Part shown: piece by piece, positions 18,390 to 30,874 of the stretch
Position numbering within the stretch: the first letter of the stretch is position 1
Layout of the letters: each line of letters opens with the position of its first letter
DNA from: an uncultured Gemmatimonas sp.
GTDB taxonomy: Bacteria > Gemmatimonadota > Gemmatimonadetes > Gemmatimonadales > GWC2-71-9
Length of the DNA stretch: 64,000 nt
Reading direction: 5' to 3'
NCBI GenBank assembly: GCA_964649225.1
Contig: CAZYPO010000001.1
Coordinates: 27,202-91,201, forward strand
Notes under the pieces: generated by a model
Told to the model about the DNA's origin: nothing
The model's input: the letters and a program-made list of their open reading frames with translations, nothing else
Database searches by the model: none
Translations under genes and position numbers: made by a program

Positions 18390-18431
18390 CCCTGAATATG
18401 CCGCTATCGGGGTTTGTTCGGTAGGCCTGTC

Positions 18432-18830
18432 TTACAGGGAAAGCAAAGCGTGCCACTGTTCCGGCGTCACCGGCATGACCGAGAGACGGGAGATTCGCAC
18501 CAGGCTGAACCCGGCGAAGCGCTTGTCGGCCTTAATGCGCCCCAGCGGGATCGGCTCGCGCAGCGCGCGCACCGGGGCAAGATCGACGACGACGCGCTTG
18601 GGGTCGCCGAGCTTGGGGTCGACGTAGGGATTGCTCACGATCCGCGCGATTCCCACGATCGCTTTCTCATCGCCGGTGTGATACACCAGGGCCTGATCCC
18701 CATTCTTCATGGCGCGCAGATGATTGAGCGCGGTGGGATTCTTGACCCCGTCCCAGGCCGCGCATTGCTCGCGGAGGAGATCCGCGAACGAATAGGTGGA
18801 GGGTTCGGTTTTGAGCAGCCAGCGGTTCAT
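18432..18830 (-). CDS. EVE (PUA-like) domain protein
   Basis: 132 aa. 'MNRWLLKTEPSTYSFADL....WDGVKNPTALNHLRAMKNGDQALVYHTG' is the characteristic EVE/DUF55 N-terminal pattern. ATGA overlap with the rel stop (read directly). Confidence 0.8.
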   Translation of the reverse strand: MNRWLLKTEPSTYSFADLLREQCAAWDGVKNPTALNHLRAMKNGDQALVYHTGDEKAIVGIARIVSNPYVDPKLGDPKRVVVDLAPVRALREPIPLGRIKADKRFAGFSLVRISRLSVMPVTPEQWHALLSL

Positions 18831-20989
18831 GCAGCCGAAACCTCCCTGCGATCCACGCTCGTCACCCCCTTCACCCGCCGCACCGCCTTCAGCACCTTGG
18901 CCAAGTGCGGCAGATTGTCGACCTCCACGAACACCGTCCCGAACGCCGAGCCGTCCTTGGTATGGAGATCGGCGCCGCGAATGTTGGTTCCCGTGGCGCT
19001 GATGGCCTGCAGGATGTCGGCGTAGAGCCCGCGGCGGTCTTCCGCGTTCACTAGCAGGCGCACCGCGAACGATTCGCCCTCCTGCTCCTGCCAGTCGATC
19101 TCGACCCGGCGGTCACCCGCCGACAAGGTGAGCAGGTTGGGGCAGTCGGCCCGGTGAATCGAGATGCCCCGCCCCTGGGTCACGTAGCCCACCACCGTGT
19201 CGCCGGGCACCGGCTGGCAGCACTGGGCGTAGCGCACCAGCAATCCATCCACACCCTGGATCTTGATCCCCCGGCCCAGCCGGATCCGGTTGAGCATGCG
19301 CCCGAACACGGTGGGCTTGGGGGCCTCGTGCTCCTCCACCGTGAGCTCGGGATAGAGCGCCTTGATCAGCTGCCCGATCGCCACGTCGCCCCGGCCCACC
19401 GCGGCTTCGAGTCCCGGCCCGTCTTCCAGCCCCAGGGCGAGCGCGGCACGATCGAGCGTGGCCGCATCCGGCAGCGTGAGTCGCCGTCGCTTGACCTCCC
19501 GCTGCAGCAGCTCGCGGCCCAGCTGGTTGCTCATCGTTTCTTCTTCGTGCCGGATCCATTGCTTGATCTTGTGGCGTGCCCGGCCGGTGCGGACGTGCGC
19601 CAGCCAATCGCGGCTCGGCTTGGCCGACGGCGAGGTGAGGATTTCGATGGTGTCGCCGTTCTTGAGCTCGCGGTGCAGCGGGGCGATCCGGCCGTTGATC
19701 TTGGAGCCCTGGCAATGCACGCCGACTTCGGTGTGCACGTGGAACGCGAAGTCGATGGCCGTCGCTCCGCGGGGCAGCCGCTTCACGTCACCCTGCGGCG
19801 TGAAGACGAAGATCTCGTCCTGGTAGAGGTCGACCTTGAGGAACTCGAGAAACTCCTCGGGGGTGTGGGTTTCCTGCTGCAGCTCGAGCAGCTGCCGGAA
19901 CCAGCCGAAGTGCTGGTCGAGCTCGTCGGGGCGCTGCCGCTCCGTCTTGTAGAGCCAGTGGGCCGCGATGCCGTACTCCGCGGTGCGGTGCATCTCGTGG
20001 GTGCGAATCTGCACCTCGTAGAGCTGGCCGTTCGGCCCGAAGATCGTGGTGTGCAGCGACTGGTAGCCGTTCGACTTCGGGTTGGCGATGTAATCCTTGA
20101 AGCGCTCCTGCAGCGGAGGCCAGGTGTGGTGGATCACCCCGAGCACGTGGTAGCAGTCGGGGACCGTGCGGACGATCACCCGGAGCGCCATCATGTCGTA
20201 GATGGCCTCGAAGGGCGTGTCCCGCTTGCGCATCTTCTGCCAGATGGACCACAAGTGCTTGGGCCGGCCACTCACGTCCGGGTCGGCAATGCCCGCGCGG
20301 CGGAGCTCCTGCTCCAGGGGCGCCTGCAGCGCCGCCACCATTTCCTCGCGCTGGGCGCGCTTGGAGGCTACTTGCCGGGCCAGCGAGGCGTATTCCGCGG
20401 GCTCGAGGAACTTGAAGGCCAGGTCTTCCAACTCGGCCTTGACGCCCGCCATCCCGAAGCGGTGGGCGAGCGGCGCGTAGATCTCGCGGGTCTCGGTGGC
20501 GATCCGGTCGCGCTTGTCGGGCGCGAGGTGCTCGAGCGTCCGCATGTTGTGCAGCCGGTCGGCGAGCTTGATGATGATGACCCGCGCGTCCTTGGCGATC
20601 GAGAGCAGCAGCTTGCGGTAGTTCTCGACCTGCTCTTCCGCGGTGGAGCGGAAGGTGAGGTGGGCGATCTTGGTGAGCCCGTCTACCAGCCCGGCTACCT
20701 CCGCCCCGAATTCCTGCGCAATGTCCTCGTCCCGCACGTCGGCGTCTTCCACCACGTCGTGGAGCAGCGCGGCCGCGATCGAGGTGGAATCGATGAATTG
20801 GCCGATCAGGATGGTGGCGACCGCGATGCTGTGGGAGACGAACTCCTCGCCGCTCATCCGCTTCTGGCCGCGGTGCGCGCTCACGCTGAAGCGGAGCGCC
20901 CGGTCGATCAGCTCGAGATCGAGCCGGTCGGCGTGCCGCTCCAGCGCGGCCCGGAATTCGGGAGAGAGGTCGAGCAGGGTTTCCGTCAC
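18827..20989 (-). CDS. rel: bifunctional (p)ppGpp synthetase/hydrolase (RelA/SpoT homologue)
   Basis: 720 aa. HD hydrolase motif 'LHDVVEDA', synthetase core 'ALRVIV..YHVLGVIH', and TGS and ACT-like C-terminal regions. Confidence 0.95.
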   Translation of the reverse strand: MTETLLDLSPEFRAALERHADRLDLELIDRALRFSVSAHRGQKRMSGEEFVSHSIAVATILIGQFIDSTSIAAALLHDVVEDADVRDEDIAQEFGAEVAGLVDGLTKIAHLTFRSTAEEQVENYRKLLLSIAKDARVIIIKLADRLHNMRTLEHLAPDKRDRIATETREIYAPLAHRFGMAGVKAELEDLAFKFLEPAEYASLARQVASKRAQREEMVAALQAPLEQELRRAGIADPDVSGRPKHLWSIWQKMRKRDTPFEAIYDMMALRVIVRTVPDCYHVLGVIHHTWPPLQERFKDYIANPKSNGYQSLHTTIFGPNGQLYEVQIRTHEMHRTAEYGIAAHWLYKTERQRPDELDQHFGWFRQLLELQQETHTPEEFLEFLKVDLYQDEIFVFTPQGDVKRLPRGATAIDFAFHVHTEVGVHCQGSKINGRIAPLHRELKNGDTIEILTSPSAKPSRDWLAHVRTGRARHKIKQWIRHEEETMSNQLGRELLQREVKRRRLTLPDAATLDRAALALGLEDGPGLEAAVGRGDVAIGQLIKALYPELTVEEHEAPKPTVFGRMLNRIRLGRGIKIQGVDGLLVRYAQCCQPVPGDTVVGYVTQGRGISIHRADCPNLLTLSAGDRRVEIDWQEQEGESFAVRLLVNAEDRRGLYADILQAISATGTNIRGADLHTKDGSAFGTVFVEVDNLPHLAKVLKAVRRVKGVTSVDRREVSAA

Positions 20990-21681
20990 AACAATCCTCG
21001 AGTGGCGAAGCTGGTGAAGCGGTCACCCGCCACGATGACATGGTCGTACACCGGCACGTCGAGCAACTCCCCCGCGGCCACCAGCTGCCTGGTCACCGCC
21101 TGGTCGTCGGCCGAGGGGGTGGGGTCCCCACTCGGGTGGTTGTGCACCAGGATGATGCCCGCCGCCGCTTCGGCGATCGCCGCCCGGAACACCTCACGCG
21201 GGTGCACCAGCGAGCTGTTGAGCAGCCCGCGGGTGATCAGCACGTCTCGTGTCACCTGACTCTGGCTGTCCAGCGCGAGCAGATGAAACTCCTCGACTGC
21301 GAGATCCCGCAGGCGGGGCCCCACGATGCGTGCCACATCATCGGGGGAGCGAATTCGCGGCAGGACGGGTCGGGCCTCGCGGGCCAGCCGGGCGCCGAAT
21401 TCGAGCGCGGCGAGCAGGCGGGCTCCCTTGGCGGGTCCGACGCCGGATATCCGCAGCAGCTCGCCGGCGGGTCGCGCCGCCAGCCGGCGCAACGAGCCAT
21501 CCGCCGGCTCCAGCAGACTCCCCGCCAGCTCGAGCGCGCTCTTGCCGCCTCCCCCGGTACCTAGGAGAATGGCAAGAAGCTCAGGGGCGGTCAATGCTTG
21601 GGCGCCGTGGGCCCAGAGGCGCTCGCGGGGGCGGTCGTTGGAGGAGGGAGCGGGGGTGGGACGAACGCTCGGGGCGGCCAT
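20986..21681 (-). CDS. radC: RadC-family JAB/MPN domain protein
   Basis: HhH-like 'ELLAILLGTG' and the JAMM motif 'HNHPSGDPTPSADD'. Confidence 0.9.
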   Translation of the reverse strand: MAAPSVRPTPAPSSNDRPRERLWAHGAQALTAPELLAILLGTGGGGKSALELAGSLLEPADGSLRRLAARPAGELLRISGVGPAKGARLLAALEFGARLAREARPVLPRIRSPDDVARIVGPRLRDLAVEEFHLLALDSQSQVTRDVLITRGLLNSSLVHPREVFRAAIAEAAAGIILVHNHPSGDPTPSADDQAVTRQLVAAGELLDVPVYDHVIVAGDRFTSFATRGLL

Positions 21682-21768
21682 CCACCGAGGATAGGCGGCG
21701 GTGGCGCGTCCGGAGGGGTCAAAAACCTGCGACGAAGACCGAAAGGCGAAGCGCTGAGGACCTCCCGC

Positions 21769-22089
21769 CTACTCGCCGTACATTTCGGTGATGAGGCGGC
21801 GCAGTGCCTCCGCATCCTGATCGGAGAGGCGGTCAACCTTCCGGCCGAGCCGGGTCTTGCTGATCGTCCGGATCTGATCCACTGCGATATCGGCAGGCTG
21901 GTGACCGCAACGCACCTGCAACCGGGATCGCCAAGTGGGATGCAGCTGAGTGGTGAGGGGGCAGATGGTCACAGTCTGGAGCCGCCGATTCAGCTCATCG
22001 TGGCTGAGAATGACTGCCGGCCGGGTCTTGGCCATTTCCGAGCCCTGAGCTGGGTCGAGCGTGGCCCAGCGGATTTCGTAACGCTTCAC
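21769..22089 (-). CDS. mazF: type II toxin, MazF/PemK endoribonuclease family
   Basis: 'VKRYEIRWATLDPAQGSEMAKTRPAVILSHDELN...VTICPLT' matches the PemK/MazF pattern. The preferred start, GTG 22089, forms a GTGA overlap with the mazE stop. The track start at 22107 is also possible. Confidence 0.8.
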   Translation of the reverse strand: MKRYEIRWATLDPAQGSEMAKTRPAVILSHDELNRRLQTVTICPLTTQLHPTWRSRLQVRCGHQPADIAVDQIRTISKTRLGRKVDRLSDQDAEALRRLITEMYGE

Positions 22090-22421
22090 GCTCGCTTGCC
22101 CCGGCACCGGCCCGTCCTGTAGGGCGGCTTCGATTCGGCGACGCGGCGCGCGGTGCCCGGTTCCCAGGGGATCTCGTCGAGGCCGTCGGCGCTCACGGCG
22201 TCCCAGTCGCTCCAGTCTTCCGCGCTCGCGGTCATGGCACGAGCGGTCTCCTCCCAGGAGAGCTTGGCCACGGCGGGGCCGGTCGGGCGGAGCAGGATCC
22301 CGTCGCTCCGCTCCTCCATCACGACCTTGTCCCCGATGCGGTAGCGCTTAAGCGATGCGGCGGGCAGCCGGACCCCGCGGGAGTTGCCGATGCGGGTGAT
22401 CTTGAGCTCGCGGGAGGTCAT
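22086..22421 (-). CDS. mazE: type II antitoxin, AbrB/MazE/SpoVT family
   Basis: Swapped-hairpin N-terminus 'LKITRIGNSRGVRLPAASLKRYRIGDKVVMEE'. Lies directly upstream of and overlapping the toxin gene. Confidence 0.75.
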   Translation of the reverse strand: MTSRELKITRIGNSRGVRLPAASLKRYRIGDKVVMEERSDGILLRPTGPAVAKLSWEETARAMTASAEDWSDWDAVSADGLDEIPWEPGTARRVAESKPPYRTGRCRGKRA

Positions 22422-22456
22422 GTAATTACTGTAATTACTCTACGAGAAGATGTCAA
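22422..22456 (-). promoter_or_regulatory. mazEF promoter with twin palindromic operators; the geometry predicts a leaderless transcript
   Basis: Minus strand reads TTGACA(22456-51)-17 nt-TACAGT(22433-28)-AATTAC-ATG(22421). Two copies of the 8-bp palindrome GTAATTAC (22431-38 and 22422-29) overlap the -10 element and abut the ATG. No SD is present. This is an AT-rich island in GC-rich DNA. Confidence 0.55.
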
Positions 22457-22480
22457 TTCTGGCGGCGTGGTCTCCCGCCG

Positions 22481-25656
<3,176 letters not shown>

Positions 25657-25660
<4 letters not shown>

Positions 25661-26217
25661 CGCTCCTGGTCTTCCCGATACAGCCGGTGCGCGGTGATGT
25701 ACTCCGCCACCGCCTCCGGCACCCAATACCGTATCGACCGCCCGGCGCGCACCCGCGCGCGGATCGCGGTCGAAGAGATGTCTACCCTTGGCACCTGGAT
25801 GCCCGCCTCCCCGATGCCTTCCCGCGCGAAGGTCTCAACCCGGCACAGCTTCCAGATTTCATCCGGGTCCCGCCACTGGTGCAGCCTGGAAGCCGTGTCC
25901 GCCCCCAGCAGCAGCAGCAGCTCCGCGTCGGGGTGCTCGGCGCGCAGGCCCCGCAGGGTGTCCACCGTGTAGGAAGGCCCCTCCCGGACCAGCTCGCTGC
26001 GATCGGCCCGCAAGCGGGGATCGCCGCGTACCGCCAGCGCCACCATCGCCGCCCGGTGTTCCCCCGACGCGGCGTGGCCCTCCGGCTTGAGCGGCTGCCG
26101 ATGGGCCACCACCAGATGCACCGCATCCAGCGCGAGCGACTCCGCCAGCGACGCCGCCGCGATCAGGTGCCCGTGATGGATCGGATCGAACGAGCCGCCG
26201 AACACTCCGATCCGCAC
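25657..26217 (-). CDS. nadD: nicotinate-nucleotide adenylyltransferase
   Basis: '[12 protein letters not shown]' nucleotidyltransferase motif and 'ISSTAIR'. GTG start. Confidence 0.9.
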
Positions 26218-26218
26218 G

Positions 26219-27004
26219 CTACCGGCTCCCGGATTCCCCTGCGCCCGAGCTCCCCGCCTTCGGGCAAAGCCTCGCCGGACCTGCAGGATCGGGATGGTAC
26301 TGCGCGATATAGGCGCAGGTTTCCTTCACATCTTCCTTGTACTGCAGGATTTGGTACGCGCGAACCAGGCGCTCGAGCGCCGCCGGCACCACCGCCGAAC
26401 GGGGATACGTCGCGATGACCGAGCGCAGCATCAGGATGGCGGAGTCGTAGGCCTTGAAGCGGAAGTAGAACAGGGCGTTGCGATATTCCTTGTCCGCGAA
26501 CTTCTCGTTCAGGGCCGCCAGGCGGAGCGACGCCCGTCCGGCGGCCGGCGTGCCGCCGTACCGGCGGGCCACTTCCTCGTAGACGGTGCGCGCGGTCTCG
26601 CCGTAGGTCGGATCCAGCTCGGCCCGGCGCCAGAGGTCGGCATAGGCATCGCCCGCGCGGACCAATGCATCGGGTGCGAGCGGCCCGTCCGGCTGCTCGT
26701 CCGCGACCCGCCGGAATTCCCGCACGGCCTGCAGCTGATTCCCCAGCACGAAGAGCAGTTCGCCTTGGAAGAAGTGCAGCCGCAGATAGCGCGGATCGGC
26801 CGGGGTGATCGCCTGGGCCAGCTGGTCGAATTGTCGCTGCGCGCGGCCCCAGCGACCGGAATCGAATTCTTGCTGAGCCCGCGTCCAGAGCGAATCGATC
26901 GACGCAGAGGGCGAGCCGACGGGTCCCGGCGGCGTGGCGGCCCGGTGCCGGCCGCAGGCGGTAGCCGCCACCCCCAGCATGAGCGCCCAGCGGCCCAGAG
27001 TCAT
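26219..27004 (-). CDS. bamD: outer membrane protein assembly factor BamD (YfiO-like TPR lipoprotein)
   Basis: Trimmed to ATG 27004 (MTLGRWALMLGVAATACG, lipobox). BamD-like region 'EKFADKEYRNALFYFRFKAYDSAILMLRSVIATYPRS..ERLVRAYQILQYKEDV'. ATGA overlap with the upstream stop. Confidence 0.75.
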   Translation of the reverse strand: MTLGRWALMLGVAATACGRHRAATPPGPVGSPSASIDSLWTRAQQEFDSGRWGRAQRQFDQLAQAITPADPRYLRLHFFQGELLFVLGNQLQAVREFRRVADEQPDGPLAPDALVRAGDAYADLWRRAELDPTYGETARTVYEEVARRYGGTPAAGRASLRLAALNEKFADKEYRNALFYFRFKAYDSAILMLRSVIATYPRSAVVPAALERLVRAYQILQYKEDVKETCAYIAQYHPDPAGPARLCPKAGSSGAGESGSR

Positions 27005-27909
27005 CGCGGTGCGCCTTCCGACGCCGGCGGCAGCGAGCCACCCAGCGCATTCAGTTTGTCCGCCGCGAGTTTGCTGAGGCTGTCCGGAACCGAGGTCGCC
27101 GAGAGCACGCTCTGATAGGCGATCGCGGCCCCGAGCACGTCGCCCTGGCTGACTCTGGCGTCGCCCAGCCCGATGGAAGCCCGCCACCCAACCGGCGTCG
27201 CGGGCGCCGCGGTCACCGCCGACTCAAACCAGCGTTCCGCGATTTCGGGCTGCTCGGCCGCCAGGGCATCGAGACCCAGCCTCAGGGCGCAGGCCCCGAT
27301 TCCCAGCGCGGCGGTCCCGCGCAACCCGACGTTCCGGGTGCGCCGCATCACGACGCCGAAGGTATGGGTAGCGGCCTCGCACGCGGTGGTGACCCGCTGG
27401 GCCTCTCCATACGCAACGAGCAGCGTGTCCACTGCGCGGGCATCCGAGGCCGCTGCCAGCGCCGCCGGCAGCGCGCCGAGGGCTTCGGTGGCGTCCAGGC
27501 CGGCGGAGGTGGTGAAGGCGAAGCGGCCGAGCGGGCGCCCGGGCGCGACCGTCCGGAGCGCGCGCACCGCCGCCGCGAGCTGGACCACCTGGGCTTCCCC
27601 TCCGTGCGCGGCGAGGTAGGCGGCGCGCTCGAGCCCCACCGCGGCCTCCGCAGCGCGCGAGGCGTCGGCCTCCTTGAGCGCCGCGAACGCGTCAATGGCC
27701 GCGCCGAGGTCGCGCTCGTGCAGTGCCGCGCTGCCCAGCTTCGCGTAGAGCCGGGCGCCTCCGCGCCCTTTGGCCGCCGCACGATACTCCGCCACCGCCG
27801 CGACGAAGCGTCCTTCGCGATAGGCGCGATCGCCCAGGCGCTCATGATCGGCCGCCGCCGAAGCGCAACCGCCGAGCCACACCACCAGCACCAGCGCACT
27901 CCGCATCAT
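27001..27909 (-). CDS. Ala-rich helical lipoprotein, function unknown
   Basis: Trimmed to 'MMRSALVLVVWLGGCAS' (lipobox LGGC). TPR-like 'GDRAYREGRFVAAVAEYRAAAK'. Has an ATGA overlap at both ends. Confidence 0.55.
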   Translation of the reverse strand: MMRSALVLVVWLGGCASAAADHERLGDRAYREGRFVAAVAEYRAAAKGRGGARLYAKLGSAALHERDLGAAIDAFAALKEADASRAAEAAVGLERAAYLAAHGGEAQVVQLAAAVRALRTVAPGRPLGRFAFTTSAGLDATEALGALPAALAAASDARAVDTLLVAYGEAQRVTTACEAATHTFGVVMRRTRNVGLRGTAALGIGACALRLGLDALAAEQPEIAERWFESAVTAAPATPVGWRASIGLGDARVSQGDVLGAAIAYQSVLSATSVPDSLSKLAADKLNALGGSLPPASEGAPR

Positions 27910-28613
27910 GCCAGAAGCCGCTGCGCCATGGCCAGGTAGGCGCCGACCCTCGCATCGGGCGGGCGCCGGTTCTGACAGCTCGCCCACAGCTCGCGCGCGG
28001 CCGCGGCGTCACCCGCGAGATAGTGCGCCAGACCCAGCGAGGCGGCGGCGTCGAGAAAATCCGGATGCTCCGCGAGGATGCTCTCCAGCTCTTCGCGTGC
28101 TTCCAGCGGTCGGCCCGCCTCGAGCAGCAGGCGCGCCAGGCGGTACCGCAGATCGTGAAACGCGGGGCCCAGGGCCACCGCCCGGCGGAACTGTTCGATG
28201 GCTTCGGCCAGCGTGCCGGCCTCGGCGTAGGCTTCGCCCATTTCCGCGTGCAGGTTTGCCAGCCGGGCTGCCACCGGACGGGAGAAGCCGGCGATGCCTG
28301 CCTCGCCGTGGGCCACCGCCGCACGGAAGGCCGCTTCCGCCTCCTCGGCGCGCCCCAGCTCGCTCAGCAGGATCCCGCGATGGATGTTCGCTTCGATGTA
28401 GCGGGGGTTCAGCGCCAGAGCGTGCTCGAATTGCAGCAGCGCCCGCTCCCGATGGCCCAGCAGCGCGAGACAAAGACCGAGCAGGTGGTGCACGTCGGCA
28501 AAGCTGCGCCCGGATTCCAGAACCTCTTCGAGCAGGTGGGCGGCACCGTAGTAGTCCTGTACGGCAAAGCGCTCGCGCGCCTGAGCCAGCAGATGATCCG
28601 TGCTTACGTGCAT
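27906..28613 (-). CDS. TPR repeat protein
   Basis: 235 aa of consecutive TPR-like units ('YYGAAHLLEEVLE','HLLGLCLALLGHRERALLQFEHALALNPRYIEA', 'AEMGEAYAEAGTLAEAIEQFRRAVALGPAF'). No obvious signal peptide. Confidence 0.65.
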   Translation of the reverse strand: MHVSTDHLLAQARERFAVQDYYGAAHLLEEVLESGRSFADVHHLLGLCLALLGHRERALLQFEHALALNPRYIEANIHRGILLSELGRAEEAEAAFRAAVAHGEAGIAGFSRPVAARLANLHAEMGEAYAEAGTLAEAIEQFRRAVALGPAFHDLRYRLARLLLEAGRPLEAREELESILAEHPDFLDAAASLGLAHYLAGDAAAARELWASCQNRRPPDARVGAYLAMAQRLLA

Positions 28614-28634
28614 CCCCTAAAGATAACCGCAGTC

Positions 28635-29570
28635 TCAGCTTAAGACGATTTGGCGGAAATACTCGATGGTCCTGGCAAGCCCGTCCTGGAGGGCTACCCG
28701 CGGCTCCCAGCCCAGCACCGCGCGCGCGATGGTGATGTCCGGCTGGCGGACCTTGGGATCATCGGTGGGAAGCGGGTGATACTCAATCGGGGCGGAGGTT
28801 CCCGTCATTTCCTTCACCAGCTCTGCCAACTGGGTGACCGTGAATTCGTTCGGGTTTCCGAGGTTGGTGGGATCCCCCCGGTCGCTCCGGAAGAGCCGGT
28901 AAATCCCCTCGACCAGGTCGGACACGAAGCAGAAGGAGCGGGTCTGGGTGCCGTCGCCATAGATGGTGATCGGCTCGCCCAGCAGCGCTTGGACGATGAA
29001 GTTGGAGACGACTCGCCCGTCGCGGGGGCGCATGCGGGGACCGAACGTATTGAAGATGCGGACGATGCGGGTCTCCAGCCCGTGATGGCGCTGGTACGCC
29101 ATCGTGAGCGCCTCGGCAAACCGCTTCGCCTCGTCGTAGACTCCGCGCGGACCCACGGGATTCACGTTGCCCCAGTAGCTCTCGGGCTGCGGGTGCACCA
29201 GGGGATCGCCGTAGACCTCGGAGGTGGACGCGAGAAAGAAGCGGGCACCCTTGGCCTTGGCCAAGCCGAGGGAATTGTGGGTCCCCAGCGAGCCAACCTT
29301 CAAGGTCTGAATCGGTAGCTTCAGGTAGTCGACCGGACTGGCCGGCGAGGCAAAGTGCAGCACCCCGTCGAGCGGGCCATCCAGCCGGATGTACTGGGAG
29401 ACATCGTGGCGAATCAGCGTGAAGCGCGAATGTGAGGCGAGGTGGCTCAGGTTTTTTTCGGAGCCGGTGATGAAGTTGTCGATTCCCACCACCTCGTGAC
29501 CCTCCGCCAGCAACCGGTCGCTCAGATGCGAGCCCAGGAAGCCCGCCGCGCCCGTGACCAGCAGTCTCAT
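28635..29570 (-). CDS. UDP-glucuronate decarboxylase (UDP-xylose synthase), SDR family
   Basis: '[36 protein letters not shown]', 'STSEVYG', 'YDEAKR'. UXS-like throughout. Confidence 0.85.
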   Translation of the reverse strand: MRLLVTGAAGFLGSHLSDRLLAEGHEVVGIDNFITGSEKNLSHLASHSRFTLIRHDVSQYIRLDGPLDGVLHFASPASPVDYLKLPIQTLKVGSLGTHNSLGLAKAKGARFFLASTSEVYGDPLVHPQPESYWGNVNPVGPRGVYDEAKRFAEALTMAYQRHHGLETRIVRIFNTFGPRMRPRDGRVVSNFIVQALLGEPITIYGDGTQTRSFCFVSDLVEGIYRLFRSDRGDPTNLGNPNEFTVTQLAELVKEMTGTSAPIEYHPLPTDDPKVRQPDITIARAVLGWEPRVALQDGLARTIEYFRQIVLS

Positions 29571-30874
29571 GCCCGCCTCCGCCCGATCCCGTGATACTCG
29601 AAACCCAGCCGCGTCATGCGATCGGGATCGTAGAGGTTGCGTCCGTCGAGCACCAGCGGGCGCACGAGCAACGATCGCATGCGCTCAAAGTCCGGATTGC
29701 GGTAGAGCAACCACTCGGTGAGGATTACCAGCGCATCGGCCCCGGCAATCGCGTCGTAGGGGTCGGCGGCATAGCTGATCCGGTCACCGTAAAGTGCGCG
29801 CGCCACTTCCATGGCTTTGGGATCGTGGACCCGCACGGTTCCGCCGGCGGCGAGAATCCCGTCAAGCAAAGGCAGCGCCGGGCTCTCCCGCATGTCGTCG
29901 GTCTCTGCCTTGAACGCCAGGCCCCACACCGCTACCTGGCTGGAGGCCAGCTTGGGCCCCAGCAAGGAACCAAGCCGGTTGAGCAGGACCTGCTTCTGCC
30001 GTTGATTGACCGCCTCGACGGCTTCAAGCAGACTCGGCTCCATCCCCATCTCGTGTGCCGAGGCGATCAGCGCCTTGACATCTTTCGGAAAGCAGGAGCC
30101 GCCGTAGCCGGGGCCCGGAAACAGGAAGGCGCTCCCGATCCGGTGATCGGTCCCGATGCCCTGGCGGACCTTGCTGACGTCGGCGCCGACTCGTTCGCAG
30201 AAGTCCGCCATCTGATTCATGAAGGAAATGCGGGTTGCCAGCATGGCGTTGGCCGCGTACTTGGTCACTTCGGCGGAGGGAATGTCCATGAAAAGGATGG
30301 GATTCCCGGTGCGGACAAACGGAGCGTAGAGCTCGGCCATCACGTCGCGAGCTTCGTCGCTGTCGACGCCGAGCACCACCCGGTCCGGCTTCATGAAGTC
30401 CTCGAGTGCCGCGCCCTCCTTCAGAAACTCGGGATTGGAGCACACTTCGAAGCGCAGTCGCGTCTCGGCGCGGATGGCGGCGCGGACCCGCTGCGCCGTC
30501 CCCACCGGCACGGTCGACTTGGTGACCACCACTTTCGGCTCCGTCATGTGCTGGCCGATGGCGCGCGCGACGGCGAGCACGTGTTGCAAATCGGCCGAGC
30601 CGTCCTCACCGGGCGGGGTACCCACCGCGATGAAGATCACGCGGCCATGCGCGACGGCGGCGGGAAGGTCGCTGGTGAAGCGGAGGCGTCCCTCCGCCTG
30701 ATTCCGGCGGATCAGCGGCTCGAGGCCGGGCTCATAGATGGGAACGTCGTTGCGCTCCAGGCGGGCGATCTTGCGCGCGTCCACGTCCGCGCAAAGCACC
30801 TCGTTGCCGGTTTCGGCCAGACACGCGCCGGCCACCAGCCCCACGTAGCCGCTGCCGATGACCGCAATCTTCAC
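29567..30874 (-). CDS. ugd: UDP-glucose 6-dehydrogenase
   Basis: '[14 protein letters not shown]' Rossmann fold and catalytic '[11 protein letters not shown]'. GTG start. Confidence 0.93.
   Translation of the reverse strand: MKIAVIGSGYVGLVAGACLAETGNEVLCADVDARKIARLERNDVPIYEPGLEPLIRRNQAEGRLRFTSDLPAAVAHGRVIFIAVGTPPGEDGSADLQHVLAVARAIGQHMTEPKVVVTKSTVPVGTAQRVRAAIRAETRLRFEVCSNPEFLKEGAALEDFMKPDRVVLGVDSDEARDVMAELYAPFVRTGNPILFMDIPSAEVTKYAANAMLATRISFMNQMADFCERVGADVSKVRQGIGTDHRIGSAFLFPGPGYGGSCFPKDVKALIASAHEMGMEPSLLEAVEAVNQRQKQVLLNRLGSLLGPKLASSQVAVWGLAFKAETDDMRESPALPLLDGILAAGGTVRVHDPKAMEVARALYGDRISYAADPYDAIAGADALVILTEWLLYRNPDFERMRSLLVRPLVLDGRNLYDPDRMTRLGFEYHGIGRRRA

Noticed and set aside
16527-18395. Very long plus-strand ORFs antisense to uvrB (622 aa). 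Similar cases occur at 19154..21259 (vs rel), 23141..25972 (vs secA), 34978..38220 (vs carB), 29591..30946 (vs ugd), 6611..7795 and 3812..4876.
   Set aside because: These are mirror ORFs, as expected in high-GC DNA where antisense frames rarely contain stops. Their translations are Arg/Gly/His/Pro-rich low complexity without motifs. The opposite strand encodes unmistakable conserved proteins.
21769-22421. mazEF considered as part of a larger defence or mobile island.
   Set aside because: It is only a two-gene module. The neighbours are radC and secA. No integrase, transposase or repeats are present, and I could not see a composition break by eye.
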